IMG/VR virus record: IMGVR_UViG_3300009159_000033
DNA: 64,000 nucleotides
Origin: a virus
Strand: one strand, 5' to 3'
The notes beneath the pieces were generated by a model. The model did no database searches. It had not been told where the DNA came from and saw nothing but the letters and a program-made list of their open reading frames with translations. Made by a program: the position numbers and the translations under genes. Numbering within the stretch: position 1 is the first letter of the stretch; the number at the start of each line of letters is the position of its first letter. Positions 35,754 to 44,502 of the stretch are shown in pieces.

Positions 35754-36879
35754 CATTACTTATTCACAAGGTTTGCAGCTTCTGGCTGCTAGAAAGCAAG
35801 CTTTAGACTCTGGGCATATTCCTCGTATGTCCAAAGAGGCTATGGCCACTTCTTTTCCTTTAAGAGACATCGGTGCGGACTACTCCGAAAAGATTGCAGA
35901 AGCGGGTTTGCTTGATTCTTTAAAATCCGGATTTGGCAGAATGGATAGCTCTACTCGTAATGTGCTGTTATCCGGGCTAGCTGGCGCAGGAGTTGGAGCA
36001 GGTACTGGAGCAGCTTCTGCTTTATTGAATGGCGAGGAAGGCGCAGGCTGGAAGGCATTAAAAGGCGGGCTAGCTGGAGGTGCTATCGGTGGTGGTCTTG
36101 GATTAGCCTTCAATCCTGATGTGTTAAGCAAAGCTCTGCATTTTGAAAAGAGCCCTGGAATCACTTCTTCATTGCCGCTGCCACGTAATGCTTCAAATGC
36201 ACAGCGTAGCGCTACTCAAATTAAAAGTAGAACTCCAGCAGAACAACTAGCTGAAATAAATAAATTACAAGGTGTGGCCGATAGCAGCATGCCTGAAGTT
36301 ACTAATTACGCTGCACACGGACTAAATACAGCAGCTGCCGGCGGGGCTGGTGCTTATATAGCCAACAAGGCAACATACGACCCCGATGTAGTTGCAAAAT
36401 CATTAAGAGCAGAAATTGCAAACGCAGTGCCTATTAATGGCAAAGCTCCTAAAAGTGCAATTAACTTAAACAAGCTTAATTCTGCACTGCGCAACGGAGC
36501 CGTTCCACCGGGTGGCGATTTAGGTCATTTTTATAGTAATTTAACCGAAGAGCAGCTTAAGAATCTTTTACCTAAATCTTATATATCTGGTATGACTCCT
36601 TCTAGGTTAAAAGCTACACTAGCCACTGGATTAGATGAAGCTTTAGCTAAAAGTATCTTAGAGCGTTCTCAGCTTTCTGGAATGCGAACTATGGCAGGTA
36701 AAATACGTCCTGGAAAACTAGGTTTATTAGGGCTGTTAGCGGGTGGTTGGGGGCTTGGTCGTGGTGCGATAAGCCGGAAGTATCAACAAGATTCAGCTAA
36801 TCGTAATGAGGCTAAAGACACGCTAAACGCACTACGCACTGCGATTATGCCAGATCAAACATCTAACACAATGCAGTAA
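35731..36879 (+). CDS. Glycine-zipper protein, putative ejected/membrane-active head protein
   Basis: GLAGAGVGAGTGAASALL, GGLAGGAIGGGLGLAF and LGLLGLLAGGWGLG; MSKEAM and SEKIAEA. Confidence 0.6.
   Translation: MKPISLGSITYSQGLQLLAARKQALDSGHIPRMSKEAMATSFPLRDIGADYSEKIAEAGLLDSLKSGFGRMDSSTRNVLLSGLAGAGVGAGTGAASALLNGEEGAGWKALKGGLAGGAIGGGLGLAFNPDVLSKALHFEKSPGITSSLPLPRNASNAQRSATQIKSRTPAEQLAEINKLQGVADSSMPEVTNYAAHGLNTAAAGGAGAYIANKATYDPDVVAKSLRAEIANAVPINGKAPKSAINLNKLNSALRNGAVPPGGDLGHFYSNLTEEQLKNLLPKSYISGMTPSRLKATLATGLDEALAKSILERSQLSGMRTMAGKIRPGKLGLLGLLAGGWGLGRGAISRKYQQDSANRNEAKDTLNALRTAIMPDQTSNTMQ
35921..35936. promoter_or_regulatory. 16-bp palindromic element, copy 7 (intragenic)
   Basis: TAAAATC-CG-GATTTGG. 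Confidence 0.45.
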
Positions 36880-36891
36880 TGGAGGATAGCT

Positions 36892-38370
36892 ATGGCACTA
36901 ATTAAACTTGTTTCTCCAGCTGGCTGGGATTTTGATCAACGAATTGTTTCCCCAATCAAGGTGAGCAGTCGTGGGTTGATTGGTAATGATCGTCAAGAGT
37001 TTTTAAAAAGAGCCAGCCATACCTTCTTACCTCAGTTAGATAATGTCAAGTTTGCCAAAGACGAAGTTCCTATTCATTTAATTGCGTTAGGTGCCAGCGA
37101 AGCTTACGGCCCTAACCGCAATGGCGATGGGTTTAAAGAAGCTACTTGTCGGGATCACCATGGCACCTTCGTTAAATTTGCTAAGTTCTTCCGCAATCAT
37201 AAAAACAAAGCAGAACGAGGCGACCCTTTCTATGGTGTAGTTAAAGCTTCCGCATACAACGAGGATATGCGTAGAGTAGAGTTGCTTTGTGCATTGAATG
37301 CCAGCAAGTCAGCAGCGGATCGAAATGGTGGCTTTATTGCAGATACAGAATTAGAAAAGATTGCAAGAGGGGACGACATAGCTGTGAGCATGGCTTGCCG
37401 TGTTCCACACGATGTTTGTTCATTCTGCAAACATGCCGCTAAAACTAGAGATGAATATTGCACAAGAGAAAAGTGTGCAGCGGGTGGCTGTAAAGAAAAT
37501 CTTACTAGATTAGTAAAAGTTGGTAGCGATGTTCACCACCTGCATGTAGACAATCCCGACCCAGTCTGGTTTGATATTAGTCGAGTGTTCCGTCCAGCAG
37601 ATCGTATTGCCTACGGAGCTAAGGCTAATTACTTAACAAAAGCAGCAGCAGATTCTGGCATATTTGAGTTTCAAGATTATATCAAGTTAGCTTCTGCTTC
37701 GACTGCTCCACTAGAAGTTGTTCTTTATCAATCGGGACGACATGGGTTATGGTCAGAGAAAAATACTGCTCAAGTTAAATTAGGATATGGGCTAGCTGCT
37801 CTTGAAAAATTTGCTGAAATGGGTGATGCTAATACTTACCGAGCGGTAGAAACCTCTGCTTTCCCTATAGAAATGCTGGCAAAACTGGGCTCGGAGCAAT
37901 GTAGCAAACAGTTAGCTGCGTTAGCAGATAATAAAATATTTTTAACATTATTTGATTATGCACGATTGGCAGGACACGAAGAGCACATGAAATCTGCAGC
38001 CTTAATACTTCCAGAAATATATACGCTAATGGCTGCGGATGAATCTTTGCCTCTCGAGATTGAGCGAGGTGCATGCTCATTTATTGACAAGACAGCTAAT
38101 GAAAGTTCTAAGGCATTCGCTGCTACTTTGACTGCGAGTCACTCGCTTCAAAGCTCAGCAACGAAGGACCGAAGTTTCTTGAGTTGTATCCGGGGGCAGG
38201 CTGCTCCTGTGATCCGCCAAAAAGCAGCTGCATGTAATTTGGAAGGTGAAAGCCTAGCCAAAGAATATGCAATGTATAAGCTAGCAGGATTGTGGAGGCT
38301 AGCTGCAACAGACAACGACTTTACCTCAACAGTTAAGTTAAGTCTGCGACAGAATCGAATATTTAACTAG
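36892..38370 (+). CDS. Prohead (capsid maturation) serine protease
   Basis: NRNGDGF, FFRNHKN (His) and VSMACRVPHDVCSFC (Ser plus Cys cluster); lies upstream of scaffold and capsid. Confidence 0.7.
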   Translation: MALIKLVSPAGWDFDQRIVSPIKVSSRGLIGNDRQEFLKRASHTFLPQLDNVKFAKDEVPIHLIALGASEAYGPNRNGDGFKEATCRDHHGTFVKFAKFFRNHKNKAERGDPFYGVVKASAYNEDMRRVELLCALNASKSAADRNGGFIADTELEKIARGDDIAVSMACRVPHDVCSFCKHAAKTRDEYCTREKCAAGGCKENLTRLVKVGSDVHHLHVDNPDPVWFDISRVFRPADRIAYGAKANYLTKAAADSGIFEFQDYIKLASASTAPLEVVLYQSGRHGLWSEKNTAQVKLGYGLAALEKFAEMGDANTYRAVETSAFPIEMLAKLGSEQCSKQLAALADNKIFLTLFDYARLAGHEEHMKSAALILPEIYTLMAADESLPLEIERGACSFIDKTANESSKAFAATLTASHSLQSSATKDRSFLSCIRGQAAPVIRQKAAACNLEGESLAKEYAMYKLAGLWRLAATDNDFTSTVKLSLRQNRIFN

Positions 38371-38411
38371 GTCATCGAAACTCGGTGCCGTTTTGTAAGG
38401 AGTATTTTTAA

Positions 38412-39611
38412 ATGGCGACAACAGTTAAGAATCAAATAGACTCTATTGATCGCTTTCTGAAGGCGGTTGGTTATTCCGAAAAGAATGCAGCGGCTAATAC
38501 AGAGCCAGGTGCTATTGGCGGAGATACCACCCATCCTGTGAAAGATGTGGATGATTCTACGGAAGATGCCACAACAGGTGCACGATCCGCAGAAAACACA
38601 GCAGATGTAAAGGCCGATCAAGGCCCAGCCTCTGTTGAAAATGCTAAAAAAGCTGCAGCTAAGAAGCGAGCTTCTGCAAACAAGTGGGCTGCTGAAAAGG
38701 ATCCTACTGGATCTGCTTCAGACGACCAGATGCAGATTGGAACTAACAAAAAACCAACCGGAGAGGATCCTTCAGTGGAAACCTCTTCAGTAAAAGCTGA
38801 AAAAGACGATGTGGACACTTCACATCCTGCTAGCACTGATAACAGTGAACTAGATGGCAACAAGTATGCCTCTATGTCTACTGCAGCATTGCACAAGCTT
38901 TCTAACGATCTTGGAAACCGTGTTCTTGTCTCTTTGACAAAGAATGCAGAATTCCATGATGATGACGAAGAAGCCCGCAAATCTGACTCAGACTCAGGCT
39001 CTGACTCTGCATCTGACATGATGGAAGAAAAAGGTGCAGTAGATCTTGCCGGCCAAGCTGGCTGGGAACTTGCAGGGTTGTTGAGTGGTCAGTTTGATAA
39101 ACGAGCTGCTGACTCCCTTGTATACTCCACTTTGACTGAAATCATTAAGACTGCTAATGATGATGCAGACAAGACTGCAGCTTACTTGCACAGCTATCAA
39201 AACGAATTGCAAAAGCAAGCTGAAGGCGAAGAGATGATGCCTCCAGAAATGGATCCTTCCGCTGCTGGTGGTGACGAAGCTGCTATGGCTGGTGCTATGG
39301 GTGGTGGCGAAGCTCCAGAAGGCGAAGGCGGTGACGACGTAGAACAGTTGGCAGCTGTTTTAGATCACCTCGGTATTTCTGCTGAAGAACTAGAAGCAGC
39401 TATGGCTGGTCATGGTTCTGAAAGTGGCATTCCTGAGGAAGGTGGCGGTGCTCCTCCAGAAATGGGCGGTGGTGCTCCTCCAGAAACTGCAGGTGCTGCC
39501 CCTAACATGGAAGTTGAAGCAGCTTATAAACAAGCAGCAGCTAAAAAAGGTGCAGCTAACAAAAATGTGCGGGATTACATTCAAGAAGTTCTAGAGCGTT
39601 CCCGCCGTTAA
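38412..39611 (+). CDS. Acidic scaffold/head-core protein with many K-x-A sites
   Basis: D/E/A/G-rich; lies between protease and capsid; SEKNAA, NKWAA, NKYAS, TKNAE, DKRAA, IKTAN, QKQAE and YKQAA. Confidence 0.65.
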   Translation: MATTVKNQIDSIDRFLKAVGYSEKNAAANTEPGAIGGDTTHPVKDVDDSTEDATTGARSAENTADVKADQGPASVENAKKAAAKKRASANKWAAEKDPTGSASDDQMQIGTNKKPTGEDPSVETSSVKAEKDDVDTSHPASTDNSELDGNKYASMSTAALHKLSNDLGNRVLVSLTKNAEFHDDDEEARKSDSDSGSDSASDMMEEKGAVDLAGQAGWELAGLLSGQFDKRAADSLVYSTLTEIIKTANDDADKTAAYLHSYQNELQKQAEGEEMMPPEMDPSAAGGDEAAMAGAMGGGEAPEGEGGDDVEQLAAVLDHLGISAEELEAAMAGHGSESGIPEEGGGAPPEMGGGAPPETAGAAPNMEVEAAYKQAAAKKGAANKNVRDYIQEVLERSRR

Positions 39612-39647
39612 TCTTTCTTTAAAATTTATTCTTGGAGGATTTATACA

Positions 39648-40088
39648 GTGAACACAAAGCTAGCCGCTCAAATGATCGAATACATTGCTGTCACCTCGAC
39701 GCTAAATGATCGATTGTTGAAGCAAGCACAAGCACGACATGTGCAAGATAAGCAAGCTGCCGATAAACAGTCTGCTGTTCTTGCTCAGTTGGAGCGAACT
39801 GGTTGTGTTGCTCCCCATCAAAAACAGGCAGCTGTTTCGATGTTGAGCAATCATGCCCAAAGTTTAGACTTGTTGGTCAATGCCGTTGACAAAATGTATC
39901 AGTTTAAAACTGCTGCTGAGAAAACTGGCTCTGACCTTGGACAAGCTGTTTCGGATAGAGAGGCAGGCATTAAGCCAGGTCTCAAAGGCCGTACCAGTTT
40001 AAATGATCCGTATGTAGGTCGCCGTTCTTCTGAAAAGAAGGCATCGGATGAGGCGATTTGGGCAGTAATGCGCGCCCCTGGTTCTTAA
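39648..40088 (+). CDS. Small helical head-core/scaffold-like protein
   Basis: GTG start with GGAGG; NTKLAA, LLKQAQ, DKQAAD and FKTAAEKTG. Confidence 0.6.
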   Translation: MNTKLAAQMIEYIAVTSTLNDRLLKQAQARHVQDKQAADKQSAVLAQLERTGCVAPHQKQAAVSMLSNHAQSLDLLVNAVDKMYQFKTAAEKTGSDLGQAVSDREAGIKPGLKGRTSLNDPYVGRRSSEKKASDEAIWAVMRAPGS

Positions 40089-40144
40089 CTACTTTAACAC
40101 TATAGACTCATTACGAGTCTTAATTTGGTCTTAGGAGGACAATT

Positions 40145-40675
40145 ATGGCTGCTCCACGGCAAATGACTGCCAACACTCTCAATGCGTTGAAGGGTTGGCC
40201 AAATATGAACGCAGTAGATTATACCGCAGCACTTGATGCTAGCGTAACTACTGTTGTTCCTGCAGGCTCTGTCGTTTCTTTGAATTCTTCTGGTAAATTC
40301 ATTCTTGGCGTTGGCAACCTTAAGGTTATGCCTATGTTTCTCTTCGCCAATTCTGATGACCCAGATATTGTTAACGATGGTGGCGATGCCTCCACTGTTA
40401 AGGGTGTATTCATCCCAATTGGCCCCACCGGTCAATCCTTGGCATTGGTTGGAACTGGTGCGTATGAGTTGGTAACAACTTCGTATGTGTCTGGTTCTTA
40501 CCTTCCCAACGCTGCTTTAACCTCTGCTACCACTGGTGGTAACGCAGGCAAGCTTTCTGCTGGTACGATGGGTACCAATATGATTGTTGGTCTTGTTTCC
40601 CGTGGTGTTGTGGACAATGGTTACGGCAAGAATGCTTTGGCATTCTGGCCTTGCCCTGTGTTCCCTTGGAATTAA
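40145..40675 (+). CDS. Capsid decoration/stabilising protein
   Basis: 176 aa, small-residue beta-rich, immediately upstream of the major capsid gene; strong AGGAGG RBS. Confidence 0.6.
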   Translation: MAAPRQMTANTLNALKGWPNMNAVDYTAALDASVTTVVPAGSVVSLNSSGKFILGVGNLKVMPMFLFANSDDPDIVNDGGDASTVKGVFIPIGPTGQSLALVGTGAYELVTTSYVSGSYLPNAALTSATTGGNAGKLSAGTMGTNMIVGLVSRGVVDNGYGKNALAFWPCPVFPWN

Positions 40676-40697
40676 TAACTTTTCTCTTAATCTTGAC

Positions 40698-40722
40698 TCA
40701 GTTAAGCTTGCAGCTTGACTGA
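40698..40722 (+). other. Hairpin in the capsid mRNA leader
   Basis: TCAGTTAAGCT/AGCTTGACTGA 11-bp stem just upstream of the AAGGAGG RBS. Confidence 0.5.
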
Positions 40723-40744
40723 TATAACAAGGAGGTTCTTATAA

Positions 40745-41692
40745 ATGGCTAATTCTAGTATCATGACTCAAGAAGAAAGCAAACTTCTTAGTCAAACGAT
40801 TTTTGAAAAATTGGCTTCCCGTGACTCTAACCTAGAAAAGCAAGCTGTTGACGCTGTCAACGACTTCACTAGGACCAAGATGCGTGAAGATGGCTTTTAC
40901 AGACGTATTATGCCACCAATCCCACTTAGCAATGATGATCTTGATCGTCAAGTCGATACCGACAAACCTGTAAAGATCGTGGACAAAGAACCAGATTCTC
41001 CAGCAGCAATCTCGATTCCTTTTGCCACGCTTCCTACCAACTTGTACATCCGTGGTGATAGGTACCGAGTTACCTTTGACCGCATCGTGACCCCTAAATT
41101 CACGAAGGATGTGGATGAACTTCGTACATGGCATATGGATATAAGACAAATCCTATCCGATAATGCCATAAAGGATATGTTAGCGGAAGAAGATGGCAAA
41201 TTTATTTCTGCGGTCAACACTGCTCTTGTTGGCGCAGGAACAACTGTTCCTACTTCTGGAGTAATCCAGTACAAGCAGCTTAGCGGTGGGGTAACCCGCA
41301 GCAACCTGTGGGACAGCTTTAAGATTATGCCAGGCACTCCTTCTAATCTTGAAGTTCATTCCGTTTTGCTTAATAACATCACTATCAAAGAAGTTGCCAA
41401 ACTCAATCGTAATGATATGGGTGGCGATCTTAGTGAAGAGATTATGCGTAATGGTTGGACCTACAGCGAATTTATGGGTGTTCAGTGGATCATCACTATT
41501 AAGAAGGGACTTGTCCCAACTGGTACGATGTATCATTTCGCTGACCCTAAATTTATCGGCAAGAGCTACCTCATTGAAGACACCACGATGTACATCCGTC
41601 GTGAAGCTTACTTCATTGAATTCTTTGCTTATGAAACCTTAGGTGGCACCATTGGTCATACCTCTGGTCTTGCTAGGGTTGACTTTACCTAA
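40745..41692 (+). CDS. Major capsid protein (compact HK97/encapsulin-like fold)
   Basis: Position after protease, scaffold and decoration; strongest RBS; followed by a terminator; RTKMREDGFYRRIMPP; N-terminal FEKLAS and LEKQAV. Confidence 0.8.
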   Translation: MANSSIMTQEESKLLSQTIFEKLASRDSNLEKQAVDAVNDFTRTKMREDGFYRRIMPPIPLSNDDLDRQVDTDKPVKIVDKEPDSPAAISIPFATLPTNLYIRGDRYRVTFDRIVTPKFTKDVDELRTWHMDIRQILSDNAIKDMLAEEDGKFISAVNTALVGAGTTVPTSGVIQYKQLSGGVTRSNLWDSFKIMPGTPSNLEVHSVLLNNITIKEVAKLNRNDMGGDLSEEIMRNGWTYSEFMGVQWIITIKKGLVPTGTMYHFADPKFIGKSYLIEDTTMYIRREAYFIEFFAYETLGGTIGHTSGLARVDFT

Positions 41693-41702
41693 CCACAAGT
41701 CT

Positions 41703-41736
41703 AAGTTAGCCCTGCATAGGCGGGGCTAACTTACTT
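41703..41736 (+). terminator. Terminator after the capsid gene
   Basis: 12-bp stem AAGTTAGCCCTG/CGGGGCTAACTT. Confidence 0.7.
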
Positions 41737-41752
41737 TAAAATCCAGAATTGG
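41737..41752. promoter_or_regulatory. 16-bp palindromic element, copy 8 (intergenic)
   Basis: TAAAATC-CA-GAATTGG, between the terminator and the next RBS. Confidence 0.55.
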
Positions 41753-41762
41753 AGAAATTAAC

Positions 41763-42134
41763 ATGGCTAACTCGAATGGTCTACCTAATCCTACTGATGC
41801 TTACAACTATTTGTTTAGCAATGTGCATGCTGAAGTATTTATGAACAAGTTGGCCGGTTACGGTATTGTTCCTAGTACTGAAGCAGAAGTCTCAGACTTA
41901 TTTGCACTTGCCGGACAACTTCGTCACATTGACAGTCCTACGAAGCAAGCTGCAGATCATAGCCGTTTCGGCTCTGCTGTTGCTGGGCTTAATGCCGCTT
42001 TGACTTCTACACCAGAAGCACAGGATTACGCAGTAAAACAAGCAACATATGACTTAGCAAATGATCCTGCTATCTATAACTCGATCCTTGCTTTGAAAGC
42101 TCACGAAGCTGCTGTTTTAGCTGGCAATAGCTAA
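41763..42134 (+). CDS. Small K-x-A motif head-associated protein
   Basis: PTKQAAD and AVKQATY. Confidence 0.65.
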   Translation: MANSNGLPNPTDAYNYLFSNVHAEVFMNKLAGYGIVPSTEAEVSDLFALAGQLRHIDSPTKQAADHSRFGSAVAGLNAALTSTPEAQDYAVKQATYDLANDPAIYNSILALKAHEAAVLAGNS

Positions 42135-42175
42135 GACATCTACTTAGAAAAACTTTCTATAAATGTGTGCAATTT

Positions 42176-42210
42176 AAGATCGACTGGTTACAATATGACC
42201 GGTCGATCTT
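42176..42210. terminator. Strong intergenic hairpin
   Basis: AAGATCGACTGGT/ACCGGTCGATCTT stem. Confidence 0.55.
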
Positions 42211-42231
42211 CTATTTTAGAAAGTAGTAGTT

Positions 42232-43464
42232 ATGAAACTAAGCTTGTTCACGCCCACGCACAAACCTGCCTATCTAGTTGAGGCTTACACCTCCTTAAAA
42301 TTGCAGACACTTACCGATTGGGAATGGGTTATTCTGCCTAATGGCAAAAATGTCACAATCCCCGAGGTTATACGCAAGGATCCAAGAGTAAAGCTGGTAA
42401 CTACTAATAATAACTCGCACAATATTGGGGCCTTAAAAAGAAGTGCCTGCGACGCTGCTACTGGAGATATCTTTGTTGAGTTCGATCACGATGACTTATT
42501 TGCACCGGGTAATAGTCTGCAGATAATACACGATAAGTTTAAATCTGGTGCTGATTTTGTTTATTCAGATACTGCGGTATTTAGACAAAAAGATGTAGTC
42601 AAAAATGACATTAAGTTTAGCCCTTTTACTTACTCTTCGCAGCATGGTTGGCAAGAATACGATATTAAAGTTTATGGTCACAAGTTAAAAGCTACTCGTT
42701 GCTTTTCAATATCTCCTCGGTCTTTATGTGAAATATATTATTGTCCCGACCATGTGCGTAGTTGGTCTCGCAAAGCTTATTACAAGGCAGGTGGGCACAA
42801 CCCAGAGCTGTCGGTATGTGATGATCATGAGTTGATGATCAAGACCTACATAAGTGGGGCTAAATTTGAGCATACGGGTGGTTGTCATTACCTATATCGG
42901 ATGTTTTCTGACAATACGGTGTGGGCACGAAATCAATTAATTCAAGACACTAGCCTAAGTTTACGTAAGCAATACATGCCACAGCTGATACAAGCTTGGT
43001 TGAAGCAAAATAACTTGGCAGTACTAGACATTACTAAGCTTAAATCAGAAGGTTGGAATGCGGATAGGCAGCTGTTGCAAGGCTTTGGCGAAGATAGTTA
43101 TGGGCATATTGTTGCAGATACTGAATTACAGTGGTTGACTGGTGTTCAAGTTCGAGAGTTTATGAATGTGGCCTATGCTGCTTTAGTCCCCGGCGGGTAT
43201 CTGACAATTACTGTACCCGAGGTGCATTCTGGAATGGGTTATGGAGATGTAGAGTGGCAGTCCCATTTTAGTGCGGTAAGTATGTACCCATACACCCGCA
43301 ATAACTTTGCTAAAAGTAATGGCAATATTGATTGTAGATTCCAGCAGATTAATTGTTTAGAAGTTTTTCCTTCAGACTGGCACAGAGACAATAACTTTAA
43401 ATTTCTACGCTTTGAGCTTGTAGCTTTAAAAGGGCAGCGACACCCCGGCTTACAGCATATTTAG
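42232..43464 (+). CDS. GT2-family glycosyltransferase with a C-terminal degenerate methyltransferase-like domain
   Basis: SLFTPTH, GDIFVEFDHDD (DxD) and CDDHEL; C-terminal ALVPGGYLTITVP. Confidence 0.75.
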   Translation: MKLSLFTPTHKPAYLVEAYTSLKLQTLTDWEWVILPNGKNVTIPEVIRKDPRVKLVTTNNNSHNIGALKRSACDAATGDIFVEFDHDDLFAPGNSLQIIHDKFKSGADFVYSDTAVFRQKDVVKNDIKFSPFTYSSQHGWQEYDIKVYGHKLKATRCFSISPRSLCEIYYCPDHVRSWSRKAYYKAGGHNPELSVCDDHELMIKTYISGAKFEHTGGCHYLYRMFSDNTVWARNQLIQDTSLSLRKQYMPQLIQAWLKQNNLAVLDITKLKSEGWNADRQLLQGFGEDSYGHIVADTELQWLTGVQVREFMNVAYAALVPGGYLTITVPEVHSGMGYGDVEWQSHFSAVSMYPYTRNNFAKSNGNIDCRFQQINCLEVFPSDWHRDNNFKFLRFELVALKGQRHPGLQHI

Positions 43465-43535
43465 GTTGAAGTCTAGGACTCCTATTCAGATTTCTTGCCT
43501 GACAAATTACAATGATATAAACTGGAGTACCTACT

Positions 43536-44486
43536 ATGCCGAATGAAAGTATTAATCAAAATAATCTTAGACCCAAACAGACTTTGGTAGATGGCTGCCC
43601 TGTGCTGGCTAAAATTCAGTGCCATGAAATTCAAATGGGGCAGTATGCTCGTTTGCTCTGGAATTTAAAAGATCCGCAAGGAATCGTTGTAGATTTATCC
43701 GCAGTTGCAAGTTGTTCCGATAGTGCTGCGATTAGCCAGCCTAATGTTTCTTTCGATGATGTTGGTAACCCACCTTGTGGTGTTACTTTGCGTATGCGGG
43801 AGTTGACAGGCATTGACCCAGTTAACGACCCAATTTATTCCATAGATGTTACTATCCTCAACCCTGCTACTGGGCTGGTGCGTGCGGATGCCCTACCTGA
43901 TGACATTGTACGAAATCCTGGAGTGTACATGGAGGAGTGGGCGGTATTTGATTCTAATGGCAACATGCTATTTAGTAATCAAAGCTGTGCTTTTGTAAGG
44001 CGTGGTTTGTTTGGTGTAAGCGATGATATGACTAAGCGAACGCTAGGGCCTCCTACAATTGAAGAAATACGCTTGTCTATGCGAGATAATGGCCCAGCAG
44101 ATAACTCTTTGTTAGACGATGTAGAGTTTGATGCAGCTGAAATTACACAAGCGGTTTTGCGACCAATTATGTATTGGAATGAAACTCCACCACCTATCCA
44201 GCCTTTGCTTACTACAAAAACATTTCCTTTTAGAGAGATGTGGATGGTTGGGATTCAGTCGTATCTATTCGATATGGTATCTAGCCACTATCGTCGTAAT
44301 CAGCTTGCCTACAACGCAGGTGGGTTATCTATTGACGATAAGAATAAAGAACAACAATACCGAGCAGCAAGCAATCAGCTGACCCAGCAATTTAGAGAAA
44401 TGCTCCGTGCTAAGAAGATGGAAATTAATATCGGGTTGTTTTCTGGCAACTTAAATTCAAGTTATTCTGGCATCTTCTATAACTAA
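43536..44486 (+). CDS. Putative head-tail adaptor (neck) protein
   Basis: Position between head and tail modules; helical C-terminal domain. Confidence 0.45.
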   Translation: MPNESINQNNLRPKQTLVDGCPVLAKIQCHEIQMGQYARLLWNLKDPQGIVVDLSAVASCSDSAAISQPNVSFDDVGNPPCGVTLRMRELTGIDPVNDPIYSIDVTILNPATGLVRADALPDDIVRNPGVYMEEWAVFDSNGNMLFSNQSCAFVRRGLFGVSDDMTKRTLGPPTIEEIRLSMRDNGPADNSLLDDVEFDAAEITQAVLRPIMYWNETPPPIQPLLTTKTFPFREMWMVGIQSYLFDMVSSHYRRNQLAYNAGGLSIDDKNKEQQYRAASNQLTQQFREMLRAKKMEINIGLFSGNLNSSYSGIFYN

Positions 44487-44502
44487 CACAGCGGAGCTTG
44501 AT

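Noticed and set aside
15891-42164. T4-like late promoter TATAAAT (15891, 40740, 42158)
   Set aside because: Only three AT-rich 7-mers at inconsistent distances from start codons, one overlapping an ATG; expected by chance.
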